DNA of 64,000 nt from Cyanophora paradoxa CCMP329 (taxonomy: Eukaryota > Plantae > Glaucophyta), in assembly GCA_004431415.1 (NCBI GenBank), contig QPMI01000695.1:1-64000 (forward strand), written 5' to 3'. A model generated the notes under the pieces. It had not been told where the DNA came from, did not search any database, and saw nothing but the letters and a program-made list of their open reading frames with translations. Position 1 is the first letter of the stretch; every line of letters starts with the position of its first letter. This document shows positions 63,199 to 64,000 of the stretch, in pieces. A program made the translations under genes and the position numbers.

Positions 63199-63305
63199 AT
63201 TGCAGCAGTGATATACTGTCCAAGTCCCTGTAGCCCTGTACCCCTGTAGCTCAGTCTGCCTGTACCCCCAATACACCACCTTGCCAGCTATCTAGCCTGG
63301 CAATA

Positions 63306-63572
63306 TCAGCCCGAGTCACTCCGAGTCACTCGAATTCGAATATTTATTAACTATAAAATTAAATATATATATTTATAAATCGAGAGCCCCGCATGCGCAC
63401 GCCCTGGCAGTGCTGGCACTGCGGCATGCGCACGGCCGCCGAGCTAGCGCTGGGCAGCCTGGGCTCGACCACGCCGCCATACGTATACACCGGCGCCACG
63501 TTACATATATATCATAGTATAATTAAAGACGTTGCGCATGCCGCGATGCGCGCGCCCCGGGCCCCGCCCTGG
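63306..63572. repeat. 267-bp direct repeat, right copy
   Basis: Identical by eye to 26380-26646. Confidence 0.95.
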
Positions 63573-64000
63573 CTCGGATCGTGCGGCCGCCGGGCCGCGG
63601 GCCGGGCGCCGTCCAGACGGTCCTGGACCTGGCTCGCCTGCCCGGCCGGTGCAATGCATGCGCCGGGTTATTCACGACGAGCTGCGTAATAGCCTGCAAT
63701 CCGCCAACGAGAGAAAAACATTATAAGCCACTGAAAACAGACTGCATATAGCTAAGTATATCTGGGGATTCCGGTACCCCGGAAAATTGCGCGAAGGCCC
63801 GCGAGCGAGTAAGCCGGCGCAGTGGGGCTTCCCCAACGAGGGTGCCTGCTAGCACTGCACGTGGCCGGTCCCAAAACTCGCGGCGCCGACGCCCAACGAC
63901 CAGCACGGCCCGAACGCGCAAAGTAGGTCCGCCGGGCGGGCAACGACAGCCGCAGCGACACCACAGACATCTCGAAGAGCAGCTGCGCCCCTGTTGGCGC

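Larger units (their letters stand above)
26647..63305 (+). mobile_element. Giant Ty3/gypsy-type retrotransposon (about 22.5 kb after removing nested inserts)
   Basis: Domain order CCHC knuckle, PR, RT, RNase H, IN. Bounded by the 267-bp direct repeats. Confidence 0.88.

Noticed and set aside
63775-63790. TACCCCGG as a third foldback end
   Set aside because: Only 8 bp match and there is no subterminal array.

Overview
Eukaryotic, GC-rich nuclear DNA with short (about 50-60 nt) GC-rich introns and TTAGGG repeats. An algal or protist source such as a glaucophyte is plausible but unverified. 1-4.5 kb is the last unit of an rDNA array (18S 3' end, 5.8S, 28S), followed by about 1 kb of spacer and two interstitial TTAGGG tracts. 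Next come a 3'-truncated APE-RT LINE, a FUT8/GT23-like fucosyltransferase gene, an RWP-RK gene carrying a small insertion and a decayed REV3 (Pol zeta) gene. From 26.2 kb the window is four nested mobile elements. (1) The arm of a foldback-like TIR element. (2) Inside it, a giant Ty3/gypsy-type retrotransposon (about 22.5 kb net) with no LTR pair and a 267-bp flanking duplication. Its reconstructed single reading frame of about 6,800 codons carries a CCHC knuckle, four ubiquitin-type LRLRGG motifs, a protease, a candidate -1 frameshift signal, RT, RNase H and integrase. (3) Inside that, a roughly 5.6-kb DNA element with a RAG1/Transib-like transposase and a convergent BAH-like gene. (4) Inside the transposase, an 8.5-kb non-coding foldback element with a 348-bp satellite core. 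Some frameshifts fall in homopolymers and may be sequencing errors. All calls are by eye; no searches were run.
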